A DNA stretch of 64,000 bases from Octopus sinensis. Lineage: Eukaryota. This document shows positions 41,709 to 52,530 of this stretch, one piece after another. The notes under the pieces were generated by a model. The model had not been told where the DNA came from and made no database searches. It saw only the letters and a program-made list of their open reading frames with translations. Within the stretch, counting starts at the first letter, position 1, and the number at the start of each line of letters is the position of its first letter. The stretch is from positions 92,752,001 to 92,816,000 of the forward strand of contig NC_043001.1 in the NCBI RefSeq assembly GCF_006345805.1, in the 5' to 3' direction. Made by a program: the position numbers and the translations under genes.

Positions 41709-43462
41709 AGCAACCATTATCTCATGGGTTAGCAACCATTATCTCGGCCTATGCCCCTCAGCCAGGGCTACCCGATGGACAAAAAGACCGATTCTATGAC
41801 ACCCTCTAGCGTTAACGAATGACAGGGACCTTCTCTTTGTGGCTGGTGGCTTCAATGGACATGTTGGACAACATGCTGGGAGCTTCCATGGCATACATGG
41901 AGGATACAGTTTTGGCTCCCACAATGAGGGAACCAGGCTGCTGGAAACAGGACTGGAAGAATGGTGGTTGCAGGGAATTGTATCAGACTGCCAGAAGGGA
42001 AGTTAGGAGGCAGATAAGGGGAAGCAGATAAAAAAAAATTTGCCAATGTACTGTGCCATGAGGACCAAAGACTCGAGGTATTTCGTGTTGCAAGACAGTG
42101 TGTGAGAGAGAATCATAATTTTGTAGGAGAGAAATGTGTTCGCATGGATGTTGGTTCACTTGCACTAGACAAAGCTGCATAGAGAGAGGTTTGGAGATGC
42201 CACTATGAAAGGTTGCTGAATAAAGAAAATGAATGGGAGAAAGAGAGTCTGCCAAATGTCGACCCAACAGAGGGACCTGCTATCCGAGTTGACAGTATCT
42301 TGGTAGATAAAGCAATTAAGAGTATGAAGAAAGGGAAAGCCCCCGGCACATCAGAAATCACTGCAGAGACACTCAAAATATCTGGCAGTATCAGCTATAG
42401 CCTAGTCACCCATATAGTTAACCAGATGATACACGAAGGAGTCATACCCAATGACTGGTGTAGCAGCACTATAGTCAACTGCTACAAAGGAAAAGGTGAC
42501 GCTTTAGATACAAATAATTACAGATGTATCAAGTTGTTAGGTCAGGTAATGAAAGTCACAGAGAGGATCATAGCCCAACTAATTAGAGAGAGAGTCAGTT
42601 TAGATGAGATGCAGTTTGGGTTTGTGCCAGGGAAAAGCACCACTGATGCTATATTTCTGGTAAGACAGCTGGAGGAGAAAAACCTGGTCAAAGATAAACC
42701 TCTGTACCTAGCTTTTGTTGACATGGAGAAAACCTTTGACGGGGTCCCCCGATCCCTCATCTGGTGGTCAATGAGGAAACTAGGGATAGATGAATGGTTA
42801 GTGAGAGCTGTGCAAGCCATGTACAGGGATGCTGTCAGTAAGGTGAGGGTTGGCAACGAGTACAGTGAAGAATTCCGGGTGGAGGTAGGGGTCCACCAAG
42901 GTTCAGTCCTTAGCCCCCTCCTATTTATCATAGTCCTCCAGGCAATAACAGAGGAATTCAAGACAGGATGCCCCTGGGAGCTCTTCTATGCTGACGACCT
43001 TGCTCTAATTACTGAGTCACTATCAGAACTAGAGGAGAAGTTTCAGGTGTTGAAACAAGGATTAGAATTAAAGGGCCTTAGAGTCAACCTAGCTAAAGCC
43101 AAAGTCCTAATAAGTAGGAAGGCAGGCAAACCACAAATCCCTTCAGGTAGATGGCCCTGCTTGATCTGTAGAAAAGGCGAAGGTAGAAACTCTATAAGAT
43201 GTACCCAGTGTAAGCTATGGACACATAAGAGGTGCAGCAATATCAAAGGAAGGCTAACTGGGAAGATAGGTTTTATATGTGGCAGATGCTCAGGAGCAAT
43301 AAACACTGAAAATGTGCAGAGAACAACTTCCATCATATTCCAGGGAGACAAACTAGAAGTAGTTGATAGCTTCTGTTACCTAGGTGACCAAGTCAGTAGC
43401 AGGGGAGGGTGTGTTGAAAGTCTAGCTGCTAGAATAAGAATAGCCTGGGCAAAGTTCAGAGG
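41709..43462 (+). mobile_element. RTE LINE copy 1: 5'-truncated, internally deleted, 3'-truncated
   Basis: Starts in the APE region (LATIISAYAP), skips about 0.5 kb at ~41945, then runs through RT (LAFVDMEKTFD, GVHQGS, YADDL) and the PHD insert (43158-43289); cut at ~43462 by a PLE-like fragment. Confidence 0.95.
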
Positions 43463-43640
43463 GCCATGATAGACCGCTAGCCACTAAAGCTTTTTTGTTC
43501 TCTCTGTTTATTTTCATTTATTCTTTTCTGCTGAAGAGTGTAGGCTCAAAACATAAAAGACTTTCTCACCTTCCCAAACGTTAAACTAATACACTTGTTT
43601 GTTGTTTACACAACTGTCTTCATCTTTTGTCTTTTTTGTA
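43463..43640 (+). mobile_element. Short PLE-like terminal fragment with a hammerhead-like motif
   Basis: Reverse complement of 38369-38548; contains ttttctgctgaagagtgtaggctcaaaacataaaagac. Confidence 0.7.
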
Positions 43641-43759
43641 AATTTTAACTATATATATGCTTGTGTGTATGTATATATGTGTGTGTGTATGTATATATAT
43701 AGATATATCTATGTAAATGTGTATATATGTAAATGTGTGTATGTATATTTATGTATATA

Positions 43760-44040
43760 GGTGCATGCATGACTGTGGTAAGTAGCTTGCTTACCAACCA
43801 CATGGTTCTGGGTTTTTCTGTGAGTATATGTTTGTGTGTCTGTGTTTGTCTCCCCAACATCGCTTAGCAACTGATGCCAGTGTGTTTAAATCTCCATAAC
43901 CCAGCAGTTTGGCAAAAGGGACTGATAGAATAAGTACTAGGCTTACAAAGCATAAGTCCTGGGATCGATTAGTTTGACTAAAGGCAGTGTTCCAGCATGG
44001 CCACATTGAAATGACTGAAAGAAGTGAAAGAATAAAAGAA
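43760..44040 (+). mobile_element. Internally deleted SINE (family of 39885)
   Basis: gtggtaagtagcttgcttaccaaccacatggttc head joined to the 3' half. Confidence 0.85.
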
Positions 44041-44061
44041 TATATATATAATATATATGTG

Positions 44062-44428
44062 AAGGCACATAGCTCAGTGGTTAGAGCATTGAGCTTACAA
44101 TTGTGAGGTTGTGAGTTCAATTCCCTGACTGGGCTGAATGTTGTGTTCTTGAGCAAGACACTTCATTTCATGTTGCTCCAGGTCACTCAGCAATAGAAAT
44201 GAGTTGTGACATCACTGGTGCCAAGCTGTATTGATATTTGCCTTTCCCTTGAATAACATCGGTCGTGTGGAGAGAGGAGGCTGGTATGCATGGGTGACTG
44301 CTGGTCTTCCATAAAAACAACCTTAGGTTGTGTGTTCACCAGTGAGGCGACTTTCTGCTCTAACTTGTACCCTGGAGAGGAACCTCTTAGGTGCACCCAT
44401 GGTCATTCATGACCGACAGAGTTGTGTT
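44062..44428 (+). mobile_element. Second tRNA-derived SINE type
   Basis: tagctcagtggttagagc (A box), gagttcaattccc (B box) and a gtgttcttgagcaagacactt central motif of the kind seen in V/Meta-type SINE cores. Confidence 0.8.
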
Positions 44429-44495
44429 TATATATACACACACATATATATATATGTATATGTAAACATCTATGTGTATTTGAATGTGTATATTT

Positions 44496-44585
<90 letters not shown>

Positions 44586-44586
<1 letters not shown>

Positions 44587-44655
44587 TTTACTTGTTTCAG
44601 TCATTTGACTGCGGCCATGCTGAAGCACCGCCTTTAGTCGAGCAAATCGATCTCA
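44586..44655 (-). mobile_element. 3' tip of SINE (family of 39885)
   Basis: ttttacttgtttcagtcatttgactgcggccatgctgaagcaccgcctttagtcgagcaaatcga. Confidence 0.88.
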
Positions 44656-46900
44656 AAACACTGGCACCTGATTGACTATGTCATTATAAGATGCTGTGAC
44701 AGTCAAGATGTGCTGACAACCAAAGCTGTCACAGATGAATGTTGGATAGACCATTGTCTCATCTTTTCCTTCATGAAAATGAAGATTTGATGAAAATAGA
44801 AACACCAAACCTTGAATAGCAGCAAGAAATTCAATGTTGAGTAATTTCAGGATACCAAATGCACAAAATGATTCCAGCAAAATCGCCAAGAACATCTGTC
44901 CCAAAATTCATTTTACATGTCAAAGAACACTGGAACTAGATGATAAATTCCATCATCATCAAAGAAACTCTTGGTTTCAAGACCAGGAAGCATCAGACTG
45001 GTTCAACAAAAATGACAAGCAACTTGAACAAACTCATCGACAAAAAAGAATGCCACTACAAAATGATCAAGTCTGGCAAAAGAAAAAAAAATTATCAAGA
45101 ATGCAGAATGCCCATTCAAAGGGTCACCCAATACCTAAAAAAAATCAATAGTGGAAGGAAGCCAACAATATACAGGGTTTCTACAATGCACCTAAGGCCA
45201 TCATTGGTCCTATGATGCATGGTCGAGCACCTCTCAAAAGAAAAGATGGTAACATCATCTTTAAATCACATGTTGCTATCAACGCCAGGTGATAGGAACA
45301 CTTTGAGGATTTGCGGAACCAACCCATCACTTTGACCAACATGTAGTAAGCAACATCCCAAAACAACCAGTGGCACATTTCCCAACCCTAGATGAGGTGA
45401 GAGAAGTCATCAAAGGATTACCAGATGGAATATAAGTTGAGGCTTTCAAATCAGAAGGGAATTTGATTCATTACCAACTCCATCAGCTCTTGACCAAAAT
45501 TTGGATAAGTGAGGAAATGCCATAGGATCTCTGAGATCCAAATATTGTTACCATTTATAAGAAGAAAGATCACTCAGACTGTAGAAACTATCAAGGAATT
45601 TATCCATTAGTAACTGCAGGAAAGATCCTAGCCTGTATTTTGAACAACAGACTGAAACTGATTGTTGAGAAGGTCCTTCCAGAGACACAAGCTGGATTCA
45701 GAGCACTGCATGGAATAATGGATGTGATTTTCACCATGCATCAACTACAAGAAGTGGTGTGAACAACTTCAACCGTTGTACATGGCATTTATTGATGTTA
45801 CTAAGGGCCTTTGACTCAGTTTCAAGAGAACTCCTGTAGGCCATTGTATCCATCAATGGATATCATGATAAATACATTTGAATTCTCTGGCTTCTCCATG
45901 ACAACATGTGAGTGAGGGTTCTAGTCAACAACAGTGACACTGAACCATTTCACATAAGATCAGGAGTGAAACAAAGCTGTGTCATAGCTCCCACATATTT
46001 TACTGTCTTCATTGTCACCGTCATTGAAATCATCAAAGGTGATCTCCCACCAGGAACTGAAATTATCTATCAAACTAATGGCATGCTTTCCGATCTTGCC
46101 TGATTGAGGTCCAAAAACATAATCTCAATAAGCTCCATCATTGAGTTTCAATATACTGATGACGACCACATTGCAGTATTATCCAAAGAAAATTTGCAAT
46201 GGATTCTAAATGCCTTCAATCAAAGTTACAAAAAACTGGGACTCACTATTAATTGCAAGAAGACACAAGTTATCTTCCAACCATTATCAATCCAAGTAAA
46301 TAGTGTGCAACCAGCCATTGGAATTGAGGGTGCTGACTTAGACTGCATGAATCATATTTCATACCAAGTAAATTGTTTCCTCCAATGATGACATTGATGA
46401 CGAAATCCAGCATCATCTCAAAAGTATCAGTGCTGCTTTTAGCTGCTTCCGAACAAGAGTGTTTAAGGAAAGATATGTTCAAACTGATACAAAAATGGTC
46501 TACAAAGCAGTGATCATCCCCATGCTCCTATACACATCCAAAACCTGGACTACATACACAAGTCACATAAAAGCGCTTGATAGGTACTTCCAACTCTGCC
46601 TCCAAAGTATTCTCAATATCAGCTGAGAAGAAAGAAGGAAAAGCACCAGTGTGTTGAAAGACAACATGAACTCCATTGATGTTACCATCATCCAGAAACA
46701 GCTGATGGACTGGTCATATTGTCTGGATGAAAAACAACCACCTACCAAAGCAGCTTCTCTACTCTCAACTAAAAGTAGGAAAAGGAAGAAGAGAGCAAAA
46801 TATAAGAATTAAAGCCAATTTCAAGAAATGTAAAATTGACATTTTCAAGATTGAGAATGCTGGAGAGGGACTAACAATGTTTGAGACCAGTAGAAATGCA
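44655..46900 (+). mobile_element. Degraded BovB-like RTE LINE lacking the PHD insert
   Basis: KHWHLIDYVII (APE C-terminus), DCRNYQGI..AGKILA, TQAGFR, GVKQSCVIAP, FQYTDD and KLGLTINCKKTQV in the expected order; many stops and frameshifts. Confidence 0.88.
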
Positions 46901-47219
46901 GAAGAGGAGGAAAAGAAATACAGAAAAAATAGACAAGAACAACTAAAATTCCATCCAGAATCACCCATCCCACTTGTGGAAGAAACTTCTAAGCAAGAAT
47001 TGGACTCATCAGTCACTTCAGAATCCATCAATAACTGTAAGAAAAAAAAAGAAAAGAAAAAAAGACCATCATCTGAATTTTCAACCATATTACTGCTTGA
47101 ATTAGCTATTTATATTGACATAATTGCTAAGAAAATGCTTTGAGAGGTGTTATTAACAGCCTAGCATCTCTGTTTATTCAATTTGTTGCTGTATTGAAAT
47201 CATAGAATATCTCACTTAA

Positions 47220-47439
47220 CCCTTTCATTACTGTATTTATTTTGAAATGCTCTGTGTTTCTTTCAATTAATTTAAATATAACAAAGAATTTAGTAAAATA
47301 ACTTAGTTAACAATCAGCTAGTGTTAGGAACATATATTGTGACTAAAGTTTGGTGGAAGATTTTAATTAAAAACTTATGAAAACAAGACATTTCTACTCA
47401 GAGCCAGAGCTGGTTTCAGCCAGGTTGGTAACGAAAGGG
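47220..47439. mobile_element. 220-bp piggyBac-type MITE
   Basis: TTAA at 47216-47219 and 47440-47443; ends CCCTTTCATTACTG and, reverse-complemented, CCCTTTCGTTACCA. Confidence 0.9.
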
Positions 47440-47974
47440 TTAAGCAAAGATTACAACATATATTTGTATGGAAACTGCTATGAACATTTTGAAAAGTGTA
47501 GTGGGAAGACACCATTTAATTTTAAACTCTACTAATCTTATTTCTTTTTTAAAATTGTATATGCTTGCAAAGGCTCATGAAAAAATGTCTTAAGGCTTCT
47601 TAAATATATAAACACATCGATAAAATTCAAATATGTAATAATTCTTTGTTAAACCAGAATAATTTCTGGGAACACTGGTATTGAGCTGGACTTTAGCACA
47701 ACATATTAGAATTTCAAAAGACAATTACTCTTAAAATGACAATTTATAATTTTTTGGTGGAGGGAGGAAGGAGGATCAATGCAATTACATGGAAATGTGA
47801 CTATATGATGTTTATGGATCTGAGATTAAAGCGGTTAATAAATCTTGCAAAATTTTTACAGCAGTAACTGGCCTCAATTCAATTTCTTTTAAAAATTTAT
47901 TGACATCTGCAAGACATCAGAAAATAAAAATACTATTACTATTATTATTTTCAGCTTCGCCTCGCATTACATAT

Positions 47975-48569
47975 CATGTATAATTTATTAGTTATTATTG
48001 TCTATCGATCAGCCCCTCATCTCGTTTAAAAGTGGAATACATATTTATTAACCTCACAGGCCCTTATTTATTTCATATAAGTTTTCTCCTCTTGGAAGAA
48101 CGCTCACCCGCGTGGCTGGCTAAAACCTTTCATGCATAATTCACTAGTTATTATTGTCTATCGATCAGCCCCTCATCTCGTTAGAAATGGAAAACATATT
48201 TATTAACCTCACAGGCCCTTATTTATTTCATATAAGTTTTCTCCTCTTGGAAGAACGCTCGCCCGCGTGGCTGGCTAAAACTTTTCATGCATAATTCACT
48301 AGTTATTATTGTCTATCGATCAGCCCCTCATCTCGTTAGAAATGGAAAACATATTTATTAACCTCACAGGCCCTTATTTATTTCTTATAAGTTTTCTCCT
48401 CTTGGAAGAACGCTCGCCCGCGTGGCTGGCTAAAACTTTTCATGCATAATTCACTAGTTATTATTGTCTATCAATCAGCCCCTCATCTCGTTAGAAATGG
48501 AAAACATATTTATTACCCTTACAGGCCGTTATTAATTCTGAGGAACGCTCGCGTGGATGGATAAAACTC
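47975..48569. repeat. 155-156-bp tandem repeat, ~3.6 copies, directly upstream of the near-full-length RTE
   Basis: gttattattgtctatc starts at 47991, 48147, 48302 and 48457; units are nearly identical and CpG-containing; the last unit is shortened. Confidence 0.95.
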
Positions 48570-48580
48570 TTTGCGGGTCG

Positions 48581-48597
48581 CCCTCCCTCCCACCCCC
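48581..48597 (-). other. Canonical G-quadruplex motif
   Basis: Minus strand GGGGG-T-GGG-A-GGG-A-GGG: four G-tracts with 1-nt loops. Confidence 0.75.
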
Positions 48598-51500
48598 TCC
48601 ACCGATACAGGAAGGCTTGAGAAATTTGTCATCCTTGTTGTCTCCCATTTTCACTTAGTCTTACGCTGCCCCCACCGCTACAGGAAGCTCAAAATTTTCT
48701 CATCCTTGTTCTCCCCATGTACACTTCGCATCCCTGTTGTCTCCTATGCCCATCTGTTCCTCTTTCCATAAAGGTAGTGGTCATTCATTGCAAGATATGC
48801 TTGGTGTAACGTACGCGGTTTGAACTTGAGCTTTATTGTTTGTCTATGAATACTGCCAAACGCGAGTTTTCTTTTCAGGTTCATGATGCTACTAGGTCCA
48901 TTGCCTCAGGGTTGGCACACTGAAAGGCAGATCTGGTGAGATCGTCGAATTGCTTGAACGGAGGTGTGTAGATATATGCTGTATTCAAGAGGTGAGGTGG
49001 AGAGGAGGTTCTGCTAGGTTCCTCACGGGTAAAGGACAGAGGTATAAAATTTTCTGGGCCGGGAATACTGAAGGAGTCGGAGGAGTGGGTATGCTTATTG
49101 CCGAAAAATGGGTAGATAAAGTTATCGAGGTAGTCAGAGTATGTGACAGAATATTGAAGATTAGATTAGTGCTCCATCATAGTTTAGCAACTATTATATC
49201 GGCCTATGCCCCTCAGCCAGGGTTACCCGATGGACAGAAAGACCGTTTCTATGACACCCTACTGCAGACCACCTCATTGACGAACAACAGGGACCTTCTC
49301 TTTGTGGCTGGTGACTTCAATGGGCATGTTGGACGATATGCTGAGGGCTTCTATGGCGTTCATGGAGGCTATGGTTATGGTTCTCGCAATGAGGAGGGAA
49401 CCAGGCTGCTGGAGTTCTGTGATGCGAATAGTCTTATGGTTTGCAACACTAACTTCAGGAAACCAACAAGCCACCTGGTCACCTACCGTTCGGGCCAGCA
49501 TACTAGCCAAATCGACTACATCCTTGCCAGAAAAAGGGAAAGATGGCTGCTTATGAATGCCAAAACCTTCCCAGGCGAAGAATGTACCCCACAACATAGA
49601 ATGGTAGTCAGTGACTTTAGGATCAGGACTAAGAGGACGACTAGAAGACGACCAACATGAAGAAGAAGGGTCTGGAAGCTTAAAGATCCTGCTAATGGAC
49701 AGAGATTTAGAGACATGTTACTTGAAGCCTTCGACGAAATAGAAGGGGGCATAGCTACACATGGGGTAGAAGATAACTGGGCGCTTCTAAGGGACAACCT
49801 GCTGAAAGCCACTGACCAGATCTGTGGCTGGTGCAAAGTCCCCACAAGACCCAAAATAACGTGGTGGTGGAACAATACTGTTGACAGGGCTATTAGACAA
49901 AAGAAACAGGCTTGGAAGGACTGGAAGAACGGTGGTAGCAGGGAAGTGTATCAGACTGCAAGAAGGGAAGCTAGGAGGCAGGTTTATTTAGCCAGAGGGG
50001 AAGCAGATAAGAAAAAATTTGCCAATGTCCTGCGCCGTGAGGATGAAAGACTTGAGGTATTTCGTATAGCAAGACAGTGTGTGAGAGAGAATCGTGACGT
50101 GGTAGGAGAAAAATGTGTTCGCACGGATGACGGCTCACTTGCGCTAAATGAGGATGCAAAGAGAGAGGTTTGGAGAAGCCACTATGAAAGGTTGCTGAAT
50201 GAGGAAAATGAATGGGATAAAGAGAGTCTGCCGAATGTTGACCCAACAGAGGGACCAGCAATCCGAGTTGACAGTTCCTTAGTAGATAAGGCAATTAAAA
50301 GCATGAAAACAGGGAAAGCCCCAGGCCCATCAGGAATTACTGCAGAGATGCTCAAAATATCTGGTAGTGTCGGCTATAGCCTAGTCACCCGTATAGTTAA
50401 CCAGGTGATACATGTAGCAGCATAATAGTCAGCTGCTACAAAGGTAAAGGTGACGCCCTAGATACAAATAGCTACAGGGGTATCAAGCTGCTGGATCAGG
50501 TAATGAAGGTTACGGAGAGGGTTATAGCCCAACTAATTAGAGAGAGAGTTAGCCTACATCAGATGCAGTTTGGGTTCGTGCCAGGGAAAAGTACTACTGA
50601 TGCTACTTTCATGGTAAGACAGCTGCAAGAGAAATACCTAGCCAAAGACAAGCCCCTATACCTGGCTTTTGTTGATATGGAGAAAGCCTTCGACAGGATC
50701 CCCCGATCCCTCATCTGGTGGTCAATGAGGAAACTAGGGATAGATGAATGGTTAGTGAAAGCTGTACAAGCCATGTACAGAGACGCTGCTAGTAAGGTGA
50801 GGGTTGGCACCGAGTACAGTGAAGAATTCAGGGTAGAGGTTGGGGTCCACTAAGGTTCAGTCCTCAGTCCCCTCCTATTTATCATAGTCCTCCAGGCAAT
50901 AACGGAGGAATTCAAGACAGGATGCCCCTGGGAGCTCCTCTATGCTGATGACCTTGCTCTAATTGCTGAGTCTCTATCAGAACTAGAGGAGAAGTTTCAG
51001 GTATGGAAACAAGGTTTAGAATCGAAGGGCCTTAGAATCAACCTAGCCAAAACCAAAGTTCTAATAAGTAGGAAGGTAGACCAATCACAAACGCCTTCAG
51101 GTAGATGGCCCTGCTCGATCTGTAGAAAAGGTGTAGGTAGAAACTCTATAAGATGCACCAAGTGTAAGCTATGGACACATAAGAGGTGCAGCAATGTCAA
51201 AGGAAGGCTAACTAGGAAGATGGTTTTTGTATGTGGCAGATGCTCAGGAACAATTAACACTGAAGATGCTCTGAGACCAACTTCCGTCACTTTCCAGGGA
51301 GAAAAGCTAGAAGTAGTTGATAGTTTCCGTTACCTAGGTGACCAAGTCAGTAGTGGGGGCGGGTGCGCTGAGAGTATAACTGCTAGAGTAAGAATAGCCT
51401 GGGCAAAGTTTAGAGAGCTCTTACCTCTGCTGGTGACAAAAGGCCTCTCGCTCAAAGTAAAAGGCAAACTGTATGATGCATGTGTACGTACAGCCATGCT

Positions 51501-51944
51501 ACATGGTAGTGAAACTTGGGCTGTGACTGCTGAGGATTTGCGTAAGCTCGCAAGAAATGAAGCTAGTATGCTCCGATGGATGTGTAACGTCAGTGTTCAT
51601 AATCGACAGAGTGTAAGTACCTTGAGAGAAAAGTTGAACCTAAGAAGTATCAGTTGTTGTGTGCAAGAGAGACGTATGCGCTGGTATGGTCATGTGATGA
51701 GAATGGCTGAAGATAGTTGTGTGCGAAAGTGCCACACCCTGGCAGTTGAGGGGACCTGTGGAAGAGGTAGACCCAGGAAAACCTGGGTCGAGGCGGTGAA
51801 GCACGACCTTCGAACTTTAGGTCTCACCAAGGAAATGACCAGTGACCGAGACCTTTGGAGGTATGCTGTGCGTGAGAAAACCCGGCAAGACCAGTGAGAA
51901 CAGTCAAAATCAAGATCAAACCAAATTGAGGTCGATCAACATCA

Positions 51945-52530
51945 GGGCCCCCGTGCAGGTGACACGTAAAAGTACCATCCGTTCGTAGCCGTTCGCCAGC
52001 CCTGTCTGGCCCCCGTGTAGGTGGCACGTAAAAGCACCATCCGTTCGTGTTTGTTGCCAGCCTGGCCTGGCCCCCGTGCCGGTGACACGTAAAAGTACCA
52101 TCCGTTTGTGGCCATTTGCCAGCTCTGTCTGGCCCCCGTGCCGGTGACACGTAAAAGCACCATCCGTTCGTGGCCGTTTGCCAGCTCTGTCTGGCCCCCG
52201 TGCCGGTGACACGTAAAAGCACCATCCGTTCGTGGCTGTTTGCCAGCCCTGTCTGGCCCCCATGTCTGTGACATGTAAAAGCACCATCTGTTCGTGTCCG
52301 TTGCCAGCCTCGCCTGGCCCCCGTGCCGGTGACACGTAAAAGCACCATCCGTTCGTGGCCGTTTGCCAGCCCTGTCTGGCCCCCATGTCGGTGGCATGTA
52401 AAAGCACCATCCGTTCGTGCCCGTTGCCAGCCTCGCCTGGCCCCCGTGCCGGTGAAACGTAAAAGCACCATCCGTTTCGTGGCCGTTTGCCAGCTCTGTC
52501 TGGCCCCCGTGTTGGTGGCACGTAAAAAGC
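51945..52530 (+). repeat. ~9.5 copies of a 61-63-bp GC-rich unit in the RTE 3' UTR
   Basis: The taaaa anchor recurs at 51967, 52029, 52090, 52152, 52214, 52276, 52337, 52399, 52460 and 52523. Confidence 0.95.

Noticed and set aside
44062-44135. tRNA gene
   Set aside because: A and B boxes are present, but there is no closed acceptor stem and the sequence continues into a SINE body.
52300-52345. GCCAGCCUCGCCUGGC resembles the HDV ribozyme P3/L3 region
   Set aside because: No P1 partner, P1.1 GG or J4/2 catalytic strand could be placed around it.
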